From: Epithemia pelagica
Lineage: Eukaryota > Protista > Bacillariophyta
DNA length: 64,000 nucleotides
Direction of reading: 5' to 3'
Assembly (NCBI GenBank): GCA_946965045.2
Contig: OX337234.1
Location: 1,426,001-1,490,000 of the forward strand
This document shows, one piece after another, positions 42,706 through 54,614 of this stretch. The notes beneath the pieces are model-generated. The model was given only the letters and a program-made list of their open reading frames with translations. It was not told the DNA's origin and did not search any database. The translations under genes and the position numbers were made by a program. Numbering within the stretch: position 1 is the stretch's first letter; each line of letters starts with the position of its first letter.

Positions 42706-43801
42706 TCATGACCAAGCATTTTCACGGTTCCATTCAATTTCGTATCCCACCATGGATTCCACAGTCCAGTTCAGATTTAGACGAACGTGTTTTGCAAACT
42801 CGGGTGTCACCGTTCGATCTTCCGGTTGCTCGCGAGGCGGAAACTCTTTACATTGTGGTTCGATTCCAGTCATTTGCTGAATACGATTGAGCAAATGGAG
42901 TGTTCCTTCATCCATCAATTGCTCGTACTGAGTTGATACCACATCGGCAATGTGTGGGAAGTCGCGGACTGACAAAAAGTTACGAATCTTGTCGGCTCGA
43001 AGCTCCAAAATATTCTCGTAGGGCAACCCTGAGCCGTCATTTCTCATCTCGTAAATCGGTTTGTCTTCAGAGAACCGCAGAGTGTGATTATACTGATCAG
43101 GAGGTACAGGTTGCACGGCGCAACTAACGACATCCCTGTACTGGAAGTGGCCTTGGCACATTTCGTTTCCAACCATTTCCAAATCCCGTCCAATTCGTGG
43201 CATCGTCCATTCCTTGGTCAAAAAGATACGCCAATCGTTTTGTGAGCCTTTCATGTCAATGCTTGCTCCCTCCATGGTTCTCATGTGGCAAGGCGCGTGA
43301 TGGGGAATTTCTTCCATTGCTTTGAGCCACTCGTATGGATTTCGGAAGAGGGTAACCACCAATGTGTCGTGCTCATATCGGGAGGCATCCTCAAACTGGA
43401 ACCAGTGCTTGTATCGAGTGAGTTCCCTGACAACCTTTATTTCATTACCAAAGCAATCCTCGAGGTGACTGAAGACAAGTTAGTAAAATTGATTAGAAGA
43501 CCAGTCAACGAAGGCATCAAGATATTCATGACAATACTCACCCGAAAATCCAATTTGTGCCGCTGTGGCGTTCTCCAATCAAGCTGATTTGCTTCACTGG
43601 ACGCCAAGGACTGCTTGCAATGAGTTCAAGTTCATTCTTCTCTGCTATATCCAGGAATCCATAATGGTTCCGAACCATGGACATTCCAAACATTGCACTA
43701 ACCACCATCAGTGTAGCTTTCGACATGAATCGAACTCGCCGCCGGACCTGCCGAGATTGCTGTACCTTGAAAATCGTTCCATGGAACGGAATTGTCTTCA
43801 T
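42706..43801 (-). CDS. Sulfotransferase-like P-loop protein; intron at ~43541-43469; 5' end uncertain
   Basis: ISLIGERHSGTNWIF|GHLEDCFG, RYKHWFQ, FRNPYEWLKAM, NILELRADKIRNFL. Confidence 0.7.
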
Positions 43802-44520
43802 CCTGATCTAAACCACACCCACCCACAGACTTGGAAAAATATGTCATCACGACCACATTGCTTTCTCCAGATCCTCTTTTGAAGGTTATTCCGATGTGTT
43901 TTCTCAGCTCTAAAACGCGCTGGGCTCAAACCCACCTCGGTGTCCATTTTCATCCGTTGTGGGTAATGGCTCGGATTGGAATGAATGCAATCATTCCAGT
44001 GGAGGTGAAGAGGTGGATGACTTGGACGATGTTTGGTATCGCAATGACATCAATAACCGACAAAACGGAACCATATCAAATGTGCGACTAAGTCAAGACT
44101 TAATCCCGATTAGTTTCGCATAGCTACCTCACCTCACCCACAGCTATCCTCTCCTCCCCCTTCTATCTACTCCAACTCCTTTTCTACTCTCTACTCCTAG
44201 GAGTAGGTAGTTTGAATACATGGAAACGTAGTTTTTGGCGGGGTTGGATTATGATACCTTATTGGAAACATGCGCATCATGGGTTTCCAAAGAGTCCTTT
44301 GCCCTTTTGTGCTCACCTTTCCCGCCGCTCTCCATTCTTGATGCACATTCTCAATTCCGTCCAGTCGAGTCCTCACGAAAGGCTGCCCACCGTACCGTAG
44401 TCAGACTGGTGCGGGCAAGATCTCATCCAATGAGACAAGAACGCTTCATCCAACGTGTGCGACTCCCTCCACATTCATCTTTTTCAACGACTGGCGTTTG
44501 GCGAACGGTGCGGATGTGCT

Positions 44521-46110
44521 CTACCTACTAGGGTGTGTGTGTTGGTTTCGCGGTTGTTGTGGTCGTCGGTGCGTGGGTGCCAAATTGGTGGGAATGGTCA
44601 CGGGATGCGCCACTCCCCGTCGAGTGGGGAGTCTCCACAAGGACCGTACCGTCGTCAAATACAGGTAGGAATCTTCCACCCCTCCCAAACTGAGGGAGGT
44701 AATGGCATCGGGCAGGGTCACAAATCCCACCAGTACTGTCGTCGGAGACGAGACGACATTCCAAATGGTCAGGTGCACGTGTTCCACCACCGAAAAGAGA
44801 TAGCCCTGCTTGGTCACCACCAATGGACCCGAACGGGTCCACCACGGAACATGTTGCGTCACATTCAACACGAGGTGACCCTTCGATGGTGATGTCTGTG
44901 TGTGGGTGTCCTGTTCCGGTTTCGCTCCATTGTTGTCGTGGGGCTCCTCTTTTACTTGGCCGCCGTCCTCGTTCTCGTCTTCTTCTTCCACCAAGGATAC
45001 TTGATACAACAGGGCGGCAGACGAGGATTCCTCGGTCGTACTCACAGCGACATATAAAGATGTCCACGACGAGGTCAATGCCATGCCCGTCACCACAGCA
45101 GCGCCGGGCGGCGTCCAAAAGAGCTGTGGTTCTTCCATTAGTAGGCCCTCCTCTTCAAGCCAACTATGATTGTGAGCCCACCGTGATTCTTGCAAGGATT
45201 CCAAGGGTGGAATGGTGAGAGCTTGTGGCACTTTGTAGATGCAAGACGACGACGACGACGAAACGGAATCCAGCACGAGTAAATCTCCAAAGGGAGTCAT
45301 GAGCAATTGGTGCGGATACAAGTCCACCGGAGTGTCCAGTTTCTTTTTCTTGTGGTCATGACACGGAGGAGCTCGCAGCAAGGCCAAGGGAGTTCGAGCC
45401 CCATTGTCCTCCAATCGTACCAGACGTCCCTCTCCCCATTCGGCCACAATCAAGGATCCCATGGAATACGACAGGGTGGTCGATCGATCCGACCCCCAAA
45501 AGTCCATGGCCAAACCGCCCACCCAATTCGTCATTGTCGTAGGGTCGGGGGTGGTGCTGGCAAGCGGACTCGGCCGACACGTGGCGGTTCGATCGGAGCG
45601 ACATCCGGCATGATCCAATTGCAACGATCGTCCAATCGGAATGGGTCCACCTCCTCGTTCCCATCGCCAAATTCGATTGCCACTACTCACCAACGAACCG
45701 CCACGGCCCAGTTCGTCCGAATGCTGCCAGACACTCGCCACCACTGTTGTGGAAAAGTCGTGCAACCATTCCACACGGTCCGTCAACTCGGCAGCAACAA
45801 AAGCAGAGGATCCATCATCCTCTGGAGGATGAATGTTTCGGCAGTTACGGACGTGAAATACTTTGGACACTTGTGCACAGGTATTGTTCTCCTCTTTCGT
45901 ACGGCGAGAATCGGAGGAGGGGAGCCACACGAGGGAAGCATTCACGGAAACAGCAGAAGAAGCAGCGTGTTGTTGCTGTTGTTGTTGTTGTGGCTGCAGC
46001 AAACTGTTGGAGAAGGAGGACCATCGTGTCGTTAGAAAGTAACTGAGTGACGGTACAAAGACAATCCACCACCAACCGGACGGTGGAATGGACGGCGACG
46101 AAACGGCCAT
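44521..46110 (-). CDS. SMP-30/gluconolactonase-like beta-propeller protein
   Basis: RIWRWERGGG, LIVAEWGEGRLVRLEDNGARTPL, LLMTPFGDLL; N-terminal hydrophobic segment. Confidence 0.6.
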   Translation of the reverse strand: MAVSSPSIPPSGWWWIVFVPSLSYFLTTRWSSFSNSLLQPQQQQQQQHAASSAVSVNASLVWLPSSDSRRTKEENNTCAQVSKVFHVRNCRNIHPPEDDGSSAFVAAELTDRVEWLHDFSTTVVASVWQHSDELGRGGSLVSSGNRIWRWERGGGPIPIGRSLQLDHAGCRSDRTATCRPSPLASTTPDPTTMTNWVGGLAMDFWGSDRSTTLSYSMGSLIVAEWGEGRLVRLEDNGARTPLALLRAPPCHDHKKKKLDTPVDLYPHQLLMTPFGDLLVLDSVSSSSSSCIYKVPQALTIPPLESLQESRWAHNHSWLEEEGLLMEEPQLFWTPPGAAVVTGMALTSSWTSLYVAVSTTEESSSAALLYQVSLVEEEDENEDGGQVKEEPHDNNGAKPEQDTHTQTSPSKGHLVLNVTQHVPWWTRSGPLVVTKQGYLFSVVEHVHLTIWNVVSSPTTVLVGFVTLPDAITSLSLGGVEDSYLYLTTVRSLWRLPTRRGVAHPVTIPTNLAPTHRRPQQPRNQHTHPSR

Positions 46111-46526
46111 GGTGAAATGGTAAATGGTGGAAGGTGGTGGGGTGCAAGTTTTTCCCGACTCAGGCGGGACTTGGGGGTAGATCGGGACCGACGAGTCCCA
46201 GAACGCCGGGATGCCATCGCATTGGGACGGCAGGCTCGGGCGAGTAGCTACCTTTTGGAACACTTTGGACCATGGAGCATTTTACTCCTACTGAGTAGGT
46301 TGAGCCGTCTTCTCGGTATCTATCGTAACACTAGACGGGACTATCATCGCCAAACCACCCGAGGATCCACCCATGTTGTCGGTAGATACTTGCTGAATGA
46401 ATCGTTGATCAATAAGAGATTGAGAAAAGGCGTCAGGGATTGCATTCTGGAACCAATCCAGGTTTTCGAATAGAAGAGGCCAACCCCCGTTTGATTGGTG
46501 GCTTGCTCCAAACTTTGCATACCGAA

Positions 46527-48074
46527 ATGCCGTCTCCACTCGGTCCCGACAGCAATCGTCTACAAGCCCAGACAGTTCGCAGAATGATTCGAAAGCCTTC
46601 GCGACCCGTTGGTCTCCTCAACCTCAAGAAATGTGCCAGGCTGCGCGGCGTGCTGGTGACACTGTGCATTCTGACGTTGCTTTTCGTACACACGTGGATG
46701 ATGCACCCCGTGGTGGTCCTGGATCCTCAGTGGGCCGTGCAATTCCAACAAGGATCCTCGAACAAGAAGAATCAGTGTCGGACGCAGTATCGGCCGGTTC
46801 CCAATCCTCGATGGGATCATGTAGTCGTCCAACAAAGGAATACAACCTGGCCCTCCAATAAATCTGGTTCGGCGGACATGTTGGAGCAACCTCTGCCCCG
46901 GCAGTGTGGTACACTGCGTCGTCGAGATTGGTTGTCCACATCCACACATGTGACGGTTGCGCCCACCACCCACTCGTCGTCCTCTCTCACTCGGCCGACC
47001 ACATGGCACGACATTGCGGCCCATCAATCCAATTGCAGTGCTCCTACGATGCGATTTGCCGTCGACAATCAATATGGCTTGGGCTCTCATTTGGTCTTGT
47101 GGAGTCAAGCCTTGTGCAATGCGTGGGAGCAAGGCTATCGCATTCAAACCACCGTGACCGTGACGACACCACCTTTCAACGACACGAAAAACCACACAAA
47201 ACAACCACAAGACTCGTCGTCATGGTTGTGGTTGGATCAAATGCACTGTGGGACAGACAAGGCATTGTCTTCTTCCCCACTGTCGTGTTACTTTCCTCGG
47301 GCGGAATTGGCCTGTCCTGGCGATAGAGAACTGGATCCGTGGTCCTTACCGGCCGTGCCCGATCCACGCAATCGCCGGTTGTTTTGTCAACGACTGCGGC
47401 CGCCACACCCACAGGACAACCATTCGACATACGCGATTCGTCAGTTTCGAGCCAGTTCCTTTGCCTACTTGTTTCAACACGTGTCACCCATTGTCGTCCA
47501 CGAAGCCGAACGTCAATTGGGTCTCTTGTTTCCAAACGGTCATGCACCGGCTGACCTCATTGCCGTACACATTCGATGGGGGGACAAATTTTGGGAAATG
47601 GAGTTGCCCTCCATGGACGAATACATTCACGCCATTGATCAAATTCTGGAACAGCGACAAAAAGAGCCAGGTAGTGACAACGACAACACTACGACGACGA
47701 CCCGAGCTCACATTTATTTAGCCACTGAAGATCCCAAGGCCGTTCATGCCTTTGTGGACGCGTCGTCGCATCGCAATTGGTCCATTGCGGTCGATCGGAC
47801 CGTGACAGAACTCAATGCCTATCGACCACCCAAGGGCAATCGTGCCTCCTGGACGACGCGCAATACACGGGGACGTGCCGGGTTGGTGGCACTGGGATCT
47901 CTCTTGGTGGCATTGGAAGCACAGGATTTTGTCTTGACCACGCAAAGCAATTGGAGTCGACTGATCCGGTCCTTGCACCACCAACTCATGGGACGACCCT
48001 CCAACGCACGCAGCAGCAACAACAACGACAGGAAGGATTCCATTATTATCGATTTGAGACCGGGGGAATGGTAA
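46527..48074 (+). CDS. Type II membrane glycosyltransferase, alpha-fucosyltransferase (GT23/GT11)-like
   Basis: N-terminal TM, GLGSHL, VHIRWGDK, YLATED, FVLTTQSNWSRL. Confidence 0.75.
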   Translation: MPSPLGPDSNRLQAQTVRRMIRKPSRPVGLLNLKKCARLRGVLVTLCILTLLFVHTWMMHPVVVLDPQWAVQFQQGSSNKKNQCRTQYRPVPNPRWDHVVVQQRNTTWPSNKSGSADMLEQPLPRQCGTLRRRDWLSTSTHVTVAPTTHSSSSLTRPTTWHDIAAHQSNCSAPTMRFAVDNQYGLGSHLVLWSQALCNAWEQGYRIQTTVTVTTPPFNDTKNHTKQPQDSSSWLWLDQMHCGTDKALSSSPLSCYFPRAELACPGDRELDPWSLPAVPDPRNRRLFCQRLRPPHPQDNHSTYAIRQFRASSFAYLFQHVSPIVVHEAERQLGLLFPNGHAPADLIAVHIRWGDKFWEMELPSMDEYIHAIDQILEQRQKEPGSDNDNTTTTTRAHIYLATEDPKAVHAFVDASSHRNWSIAVDRTVTELNAYRPPKGNRASWTTRNTRGRAGLVALGSLLVALEAQDFVLTTQSNWSRLIRSLHHQLMGRPSNARSSNNNDRKDSIIIDLRPGEW

Positions 48075-49544
48075 TACTGTGAGAGTTCGAGAGTTGAGCA
48101 ATTCATCATACGAGTCCTACACAAAACGGTGTCGGTCCAATCTACATTCGACGCCATGGTGCAGGGGTGGAAGTCGATCATCTTGTTCGGTCCTCGCCTC
48201 CCAACACAAAATGAAAGAATGTCGCTTGTCTCAAGTCCCGGTTCGAGGCCTCATGGTACGCAAACCAAGAATCATGGTCGAAACGTGACACTAGGACCAT
48301 TGCGAAAGGCCCTGTTCGAAATCACAAGAGCATCTGACACAAGAGACATTGATCCTGGAATGTTCTTTGGACACTACATTCAATGCATTCTGTTCTATAC
48401 TCGGAGAGGAATGTCCCTCCATGAGTGTGACTGGCAGTGTCAATCCTGTTCTCTTCCAAATGTGGAAGCGAACCACCACAATTTGTGGCGCCGGTTCGGC
48501 GTTTGGCAGGTCGACCGGAGATCTCTCGAGTAGTTACACCATGGGAGCTCGGCCTTGTCGTCGTACTTAGACCATGCCAATTTGGTACGATACGTTCAGA
48601 TCGGTGGCTCCCCAGTGGCTCCCTTCCGAAAAGCTATGACGCGCCCAATCCACAACGCCCTGGGTTCAAGTCTTGGATAAGCATGGTCCACAAACACTGT
48701 CGACGACACCCCCATTGTCCTTGCCGTTTTGGGGGTATGAAACACGACAGAATCCCATGGCAGTCCTCGCAAAGATTGGCCATTGCGAGGATCACTTAGG
48801 GTCGTGTCTCGTATACAGTTTGTGGAGTACCATTCGTTGATTGGAATGTGGCTTCTCTCTTCGTTTAGGAGTGGCACCCAACCCTGTAGGATCGACTCAC
48901 GTTCGGTGACACAAAAATCTGAAATAGTATGATCTGCGACTACCTAGCGACTCTTGACGTGAGTTCGGTTCGGGTTTTCAATCGTTTCAAAACTATCTTG
49001 TCGTTGACATCCGATCGAAGGTTTCTCCGATGTCGCCGGGGTGTATGGAAATGGCTGGTGTCGATGAGACCACGACTCAAAACCGCTTTCTATCAGTGGC
49101 TGGACGAATCGTGCACCCGGTGACGTGCCTATAGAAAAGTCTACAGCTACGTAGATCCGGATATGTTATGCGCGAAAAAAATTTTGGGGGTTCCCCCGCA
49201 AAGAGACATGGAGTGCTCACAAAACGAACATCACCGCCACAAAAAACGAAAAGAGAGCACACCACAAAAAGAGAAGTGCCCACCACTCGCAGAGCGCTAG
49301 CGGCCCCACTGCACTCCACAAAACAGACAAGGAAGAAGAGAAGGAGCATCCACTTTTCTCTCCCAAAAACAGAGCGCGCCCATACACACACATACACACC
49401 CATTGAGAGGTCATTGCTGTCTTCTTCGGCTCAACACACCAAAGACAATACAATCCACAACAACGAAACACCCAACGGTGTGCCTTGGATAGAGCGATTG
49501 AGCAACCCCAACAACAAACATCCTCATTCGTTGTCGTCGTGCAA

Positions 49545-51698
49545 ATGAAATCTACGGTCGATACTCCAGTGATTACATTGAACCAAGCTACGGCTAGCGG
49601 GAAGAATGCACCCAACAAAAAAGTCCTTCCTCTATTCGACGTACCAGAACCAACCGACAATGACGTTCTTTCCGGACGCGGCGTTACCACCAACAAACAT
49701 GCCGGAAACGTGAATTTCCGAAGTCTCGTGGCCCTCAACAAAGGTGAGTTTCCTTCGACGACTTTGCTGCGGGGGAAGGATTCCATGGACACGCCACACG
49801 GCCCATGGCCAGATGGAATCTCGCGTTCGACACGTGTGAACACGTCCGATCACGATTGACGTCGAGCCGGCAAGTCGTGTGAGGCTCGACCAGCGCGCTT
49901 CACACCGGATCAGAGACTGCGATGGGCGAGCGATTCAAGGAACAAAAATGAGAGCGTTCCCACATGAACCATGACTCTGGTTCGTTTTTCGTGATCGGCA
50001 GGAAGTGATTTCCTTGTTGCTATGGCAAACTGGCGATCGTATCTTGACAATGAAAAATCTTGATCTCACGTTTTTGGGTTTGGTTTTCTTGAATTTTCAG
50101 AGTTGTACGTGACATCCACGAAAAAGCAAAAGATGGCAATTTCTCGATCCATCGTGGAAGCGGTCCGATCCATGAATCCACCTGGTCGCTTTCTGGACAA
50201 AAATCATGACACTGGGCTTTGGTCTGATATCGGTGATCGAAAGGCCATTGAAAAGACAAGTCAGGCATTGCGTGATGGCGCCGCTGTGCTCCGGAAACAA
50301 CTTTCGGAGGATTTGGGAGACCCAGATTTCTTGAGCGTGGTCTTTGAGAGCGATAGCAAGGCCAAGAATGGAAGTAACAACACTGCAGCCACGTCCGATG
50401 GTTCCGCATCCGGATCCAGTACGGGAAACAGCGCGGAAATGAAAAAGCAACAACAGCTTGCTCAACAACAACAACAGTCAGCCTCCTGTAAACCACGACT
50501 CATGAAGTCTAGAATGGCTAAAAAAGGGCACCGAAGAGTCAAATCGGTTCCTCAAACAGAGACATCGGCCAGCGACGTGAAGAAGGGCCAGAAAAAGGCT
50601 CGAATGGACCAAGTTGTGCCACACGTTCCGACACCAATCCAGCCGAAAGTGACACCCAAACCTACTTTGAGAGCCTATCCATCACAGCAACCGACAAAAC
50701 AAACAAGTCACTCGCTTCATATCCGGTCATGCTCGTATGATGAAACAGTCCTTGCTGCCACAACTCCGGTAGTACCACAGTCAAAGCGATTGGACCGTCC
50801 TGTTGCGACCAACCCTGTCACACCCTCCACCAATAGAACTACGGCCAAACCTCCCATGACGTATTCGGCACCGTCTGCGGACGACGATGATGATTTGATG
50901 GACGACTTTTGCGGTCCTACCAATCCCTGGCTCATTGGGCACAGCCGAAACTCTTCTTCATCGAGTGGGGCGTATCCACCCTTTTTCCCCATGTCGCCCA
51001 TCGGACGACACCACCCCCAAGGAGGAACAGCGACAAGAAATATTCCCAATCACCAACACATTTTCTCCTGTTTCCAAGAACCTCGAAGTAGTGGTAGCAA
51101 CCACTCTCGTCCACCCATGTCACCCTTGCATCGCTCGTGGTCCCCACGGGATTTCCAAGAGATTTCTCCCTTTCATGACGTGCGACACCACGAACGACAC
51201 AGCACGGGATGTGTCACGACAAGTTTTGCGGATGGTGATATCGATATTCCAAATCTGGACTTGTCGTTTGATCGAACGTTTGACCGAACGTTTTCCCATG
51301 ATGACCGTGCCTTTACCATGGACGACGATATGCACATGTCATCTATTCTTTCCCCACGAAACTCGGAGGAACTGAACATGGTAACCGGCTCACGACTGGA
51401 AAAGGTTCGAAGCGGAAGCATAAGTCGAAGCTGTACACCGCAAAGCAGTAAAGATGGCATGGAAGATATGGATTTGCATTACTCTCCCACACTGGATTGT
51501 GACTTTACTGGAAACAAGAATGATCTGGATGATGTCATTATGAAGGACTCGGATGCAGAGACTTCCATTGATCGTGGACTTTCACCACTCTCCTTTACCA
51601 GAACGGAAGGCAGCGATGCGACCTTGTTCGAGACATTGCCCGATTTGCTTCACTTGCCCATTGCGCCCTGTGGTCCCTACGACAAGAACAGCACATGA
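49545..51698 (+). CDS. DUF6824-domain protein (putative DNA-binding regulator); intron 49744-50100
   Basis: NDVLSGRG...HAGNVNFRSLV...K|ELY...KMAISRSIVEAVR...PGRFL...W...KAIEKTSQALR. Confidence 0.88.
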
Positions 51699-52370
51699 CG
51701 CAAGAATATGACGGCAGGGAGTACCTGAATCCATCTGGGTAAATGTGGTTCTATTGAACGAGATTGGATGCTGCTTTGCAAGGAACCCTGCAAATGGCGC
51801 ATCAGTCGTTCCACGAGTCCAGGATGGAGATGGACTTGTTTATTGGTCAAGCATGCCCATAGTCCAAACTTACAACATGTATACGTTGATTCCGTTTGTC
51901 ACTGTGACAGACGATGCTCTCCAAGTCTATGAGAAAGTTGCTGTGATGAATGTACACGTTGTTGTTGATGCTATGATGATGATATGAGATGGTTGTTCCG
52001 TCCATGATGAGGATGGTTGTGTTTTGCATATGAATATATATATACAAGTGAATTTGTGAGAGAGTCTGCATCATATTTAACACTGAGAGAACTAGTGCAC
52101 TATTTTTCTGGAATCTCTCTGTTTGTGTCTTGTCGGTCTGTGTAGAGTGAATCGTACTAGCGGTAGTGGTAGGATGGCGAAAAATTCTCTTTCCATCTAC
52201 TAGTACAAGGTTCTATATCAGATAGATTAACAAAAGAAGTCGTTTGAAATGACAATACGTTCATACGTTCGTTCCATGGCAAAAAACAAGAATCTCACAG
52301 AGGCCCAATGGGAAGGTAGACCTCCATGAATGACAAGCGGGTCGATAATTCAGTGTCACCGACACTAAAA

Positions 52371-53081
52371 TTATACCACCAGTGGCAGGACAGATTCGGT
52401 TTCCTTCTGGTTGTTGTTGTTGTAGTTGCGACCAATGGGACCGTACCATTGGAGAATGGCCAACAGGACCACAATGGTGGCCCCACACACCAGGAACTGC
52501 AGGGTCGGAATTCCTATGGAAATCAACACCACCAAGCAGGCCATACCAAAGCCAATAAAAATACCAACCGAGTAGACGTGTTCCATCTTGTTCCAAAACG
52601 TTTGGTGGTCGTCGTCATGGTTTGGTTCCGTAATAGTTTCTGGATCATTTTCGTCGTCGTCGTCGTCCTCTCCAGAGACTGTATGATAGACGGCGTACCA
52701 GAGGCAATAACCACAAAGGACCGTAATGGTACTGTAGGTCAAAGACATGATGACACAACCAACATGTGTGTGAGAGGTCATCCATTTGCTTGGAAAGAGA
52801 GGAATCACCACGAGATCCACCAGGTAATACGAAATAATTCCCACATTAATACCGGAAACCAAGTTGAGACACTTCCACCAACTGTCGGTGGAGAGGGAGC
52901 AGCACGATGATGCTGGTACATGTTCCTCTTCTTGTGTTGTTGTCGTCGTCGTCGTCAAGAGTGGTTCGGACAGCTCAGGAGGGCTTGCCTCATGTTGCGG
53001 AAGCAATGGAACGGCGTTGTAGATGGTTGTCGTAGAAGAAGCGTCTGAAAATGACATGGTGTGTATAGAACCGTGATGCAA
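52371..53081 (-). CDS. Hypothetical multi-pass membrane protein
   Basis: 236-aa ORF with about four hydrophobic helices and an acidic loop. Confidence 0.6.
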   Translation of the reverse strand: MHHGSIHTMSFSDASSTTTIYNAVPLLPQHEASPPELSEPLLTTTTTTTQEEEHVPASSCCSLSTDSWWKCLNLVSGINVGIISYYLVDLVVIPLFPSKWMTSHTHVGCVIMSLTYSTITVLCGYCLWYAVYHTVSGEDDDDDENDPETITEPNHDDDHQTFWNKMEHVYSVGIFIGFGMACLVVLISIGIPTLQFLVCGATIVVLLAILQWYGPIGRNYNNNNQKETESVLPLVV

Positions 53082-54614
53082 GGGGAGAGATTGCTTGTTT
53101 TCTTGGATTGAATGGTGCAGTCCACAATATTTTATGAAGCAAAGTGATCAGGAGAATGAGAGAAACGAATGTACCCAGAGACGTTTTTGTTGCGCCAACA
53201 ACAATGATTCGCGACTTGTTATTCCATGGACGAATCGGTCGTTCGGGACACATGATTGCCGTTGTCGTGAGTTTTCTGGCATGAATTCCATTCACAACGG
53301 ATGAAAATGAGATGCCGCTGAACCAAGGGCAATGGCTTGTGTTCCGCATCGTCCACTTTTTGCAAGGCTAGTTGGGCACAAAGCATTCGCTCGCAGAAAG
53401 CATGGCGGGACTCATTCGCATACGAGACAGCTGGTTGCGAATTGCGCTTCGCTGTTCGCGACAGCGATCTGCAAACTTGTCGGGACTCCTTACGTATTAT
53501 GCCCCTCTCACTCCTGCACGCCGGCGCACATTTTTCGCGTTTTTTGTCGGTCTCACTAGGACGAAGAATGAAGAGTCGACGGAAGACGGAATTGAAAAAT
53601 CGGAGAGATTGGACGACAACAAACCATTCCTTGCATGAATGTAGCAAGTGCAACAAAATTGAGTTGGAGCACTCTAGGGGCTCGATACTCTAGAGTCTTT
53701 GTTTGCTCCAAACGACTACAGACTATCAAGAATCGGGACCAATGGAGTCACTCCAACAGCCGCAGTTTCGGGTTCCGTTGCATTGAGCTTTCCTTTTTTT
53801 AGTGAAAACGTCCATCTCTCAATCGTTGTGCTTGGGTTGTCCTTTTTGGATAATTTGGCACCCACACAGCCCGTTCGTTCCAAGTGCGACCAAGTGGTTT
53901 GTGCATATTCGTCGGGGGAATCGCGACCAAGTACCAGAACGCTACCGACGATGCTCACACGAAAATCTCAAAGACAACCGCGAAAAACCAATGTTCGGAC
54001 TGTCCAGGTTCAAATGACTCAAAGATATGTGTCCAATAAAGTAAAAAGAGCAGATTGATCATACAGATACGACGATGTGTCGAGGAACTAGCAACACCAC
54101 GAACAGCGGCCGAATCTGCGCTTGCCAATCCTTTGGAGGATTCGAATTGCTTGTGAGACGATTCGGGTCGGATTGATTGGCTATGAGAGAGATTGCAACA
54201 ATCCAAGATGTGGGAAAGAGAAGAAGGATGTCCACAATCTCTTGCTGGCAATCAAGTTCCCTCTGTCCCTATTCCGAATGTGCTCTGGTGAATGCAAATG
54301 ATATCTAAGTCCATGAATTTAGGGAAGACCGGTCATATCTTGATAGATGGTACACCAGCGATCAAAACGAATGAACGATTTGAGAGTTTATGAACGCAGT
54401 GGCGACCCTATCGGCAAGACCGAAAGGAATTCGACATCTTTGGGAATCGGAGGGGGCAACCTAAAAACACCAGAATGAGTTTACTTTTGGTACTCTGCGG
54501 ACCGTTACATAGGAATCAACAGACGGGCAAGGTTTTGCTTGAATTACTGATCCATTAATGGCATTTTTGGTGGACTGCAAAGGCTTTGCCTCTACGGCTG
54601 TGACGGCCGACAAA

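Noticed and set aside
44191-44206. 16-bp palindrome CTACTCCTAGGAGTAG
   Set aside because: About one such palindrome is expected by chance in 64 kb.
53100-54600. Cluster of short ORFs in long intergenic regions (also 48100-49500)
   Set aside because: Overlapping frames on both strands with no domain signal.
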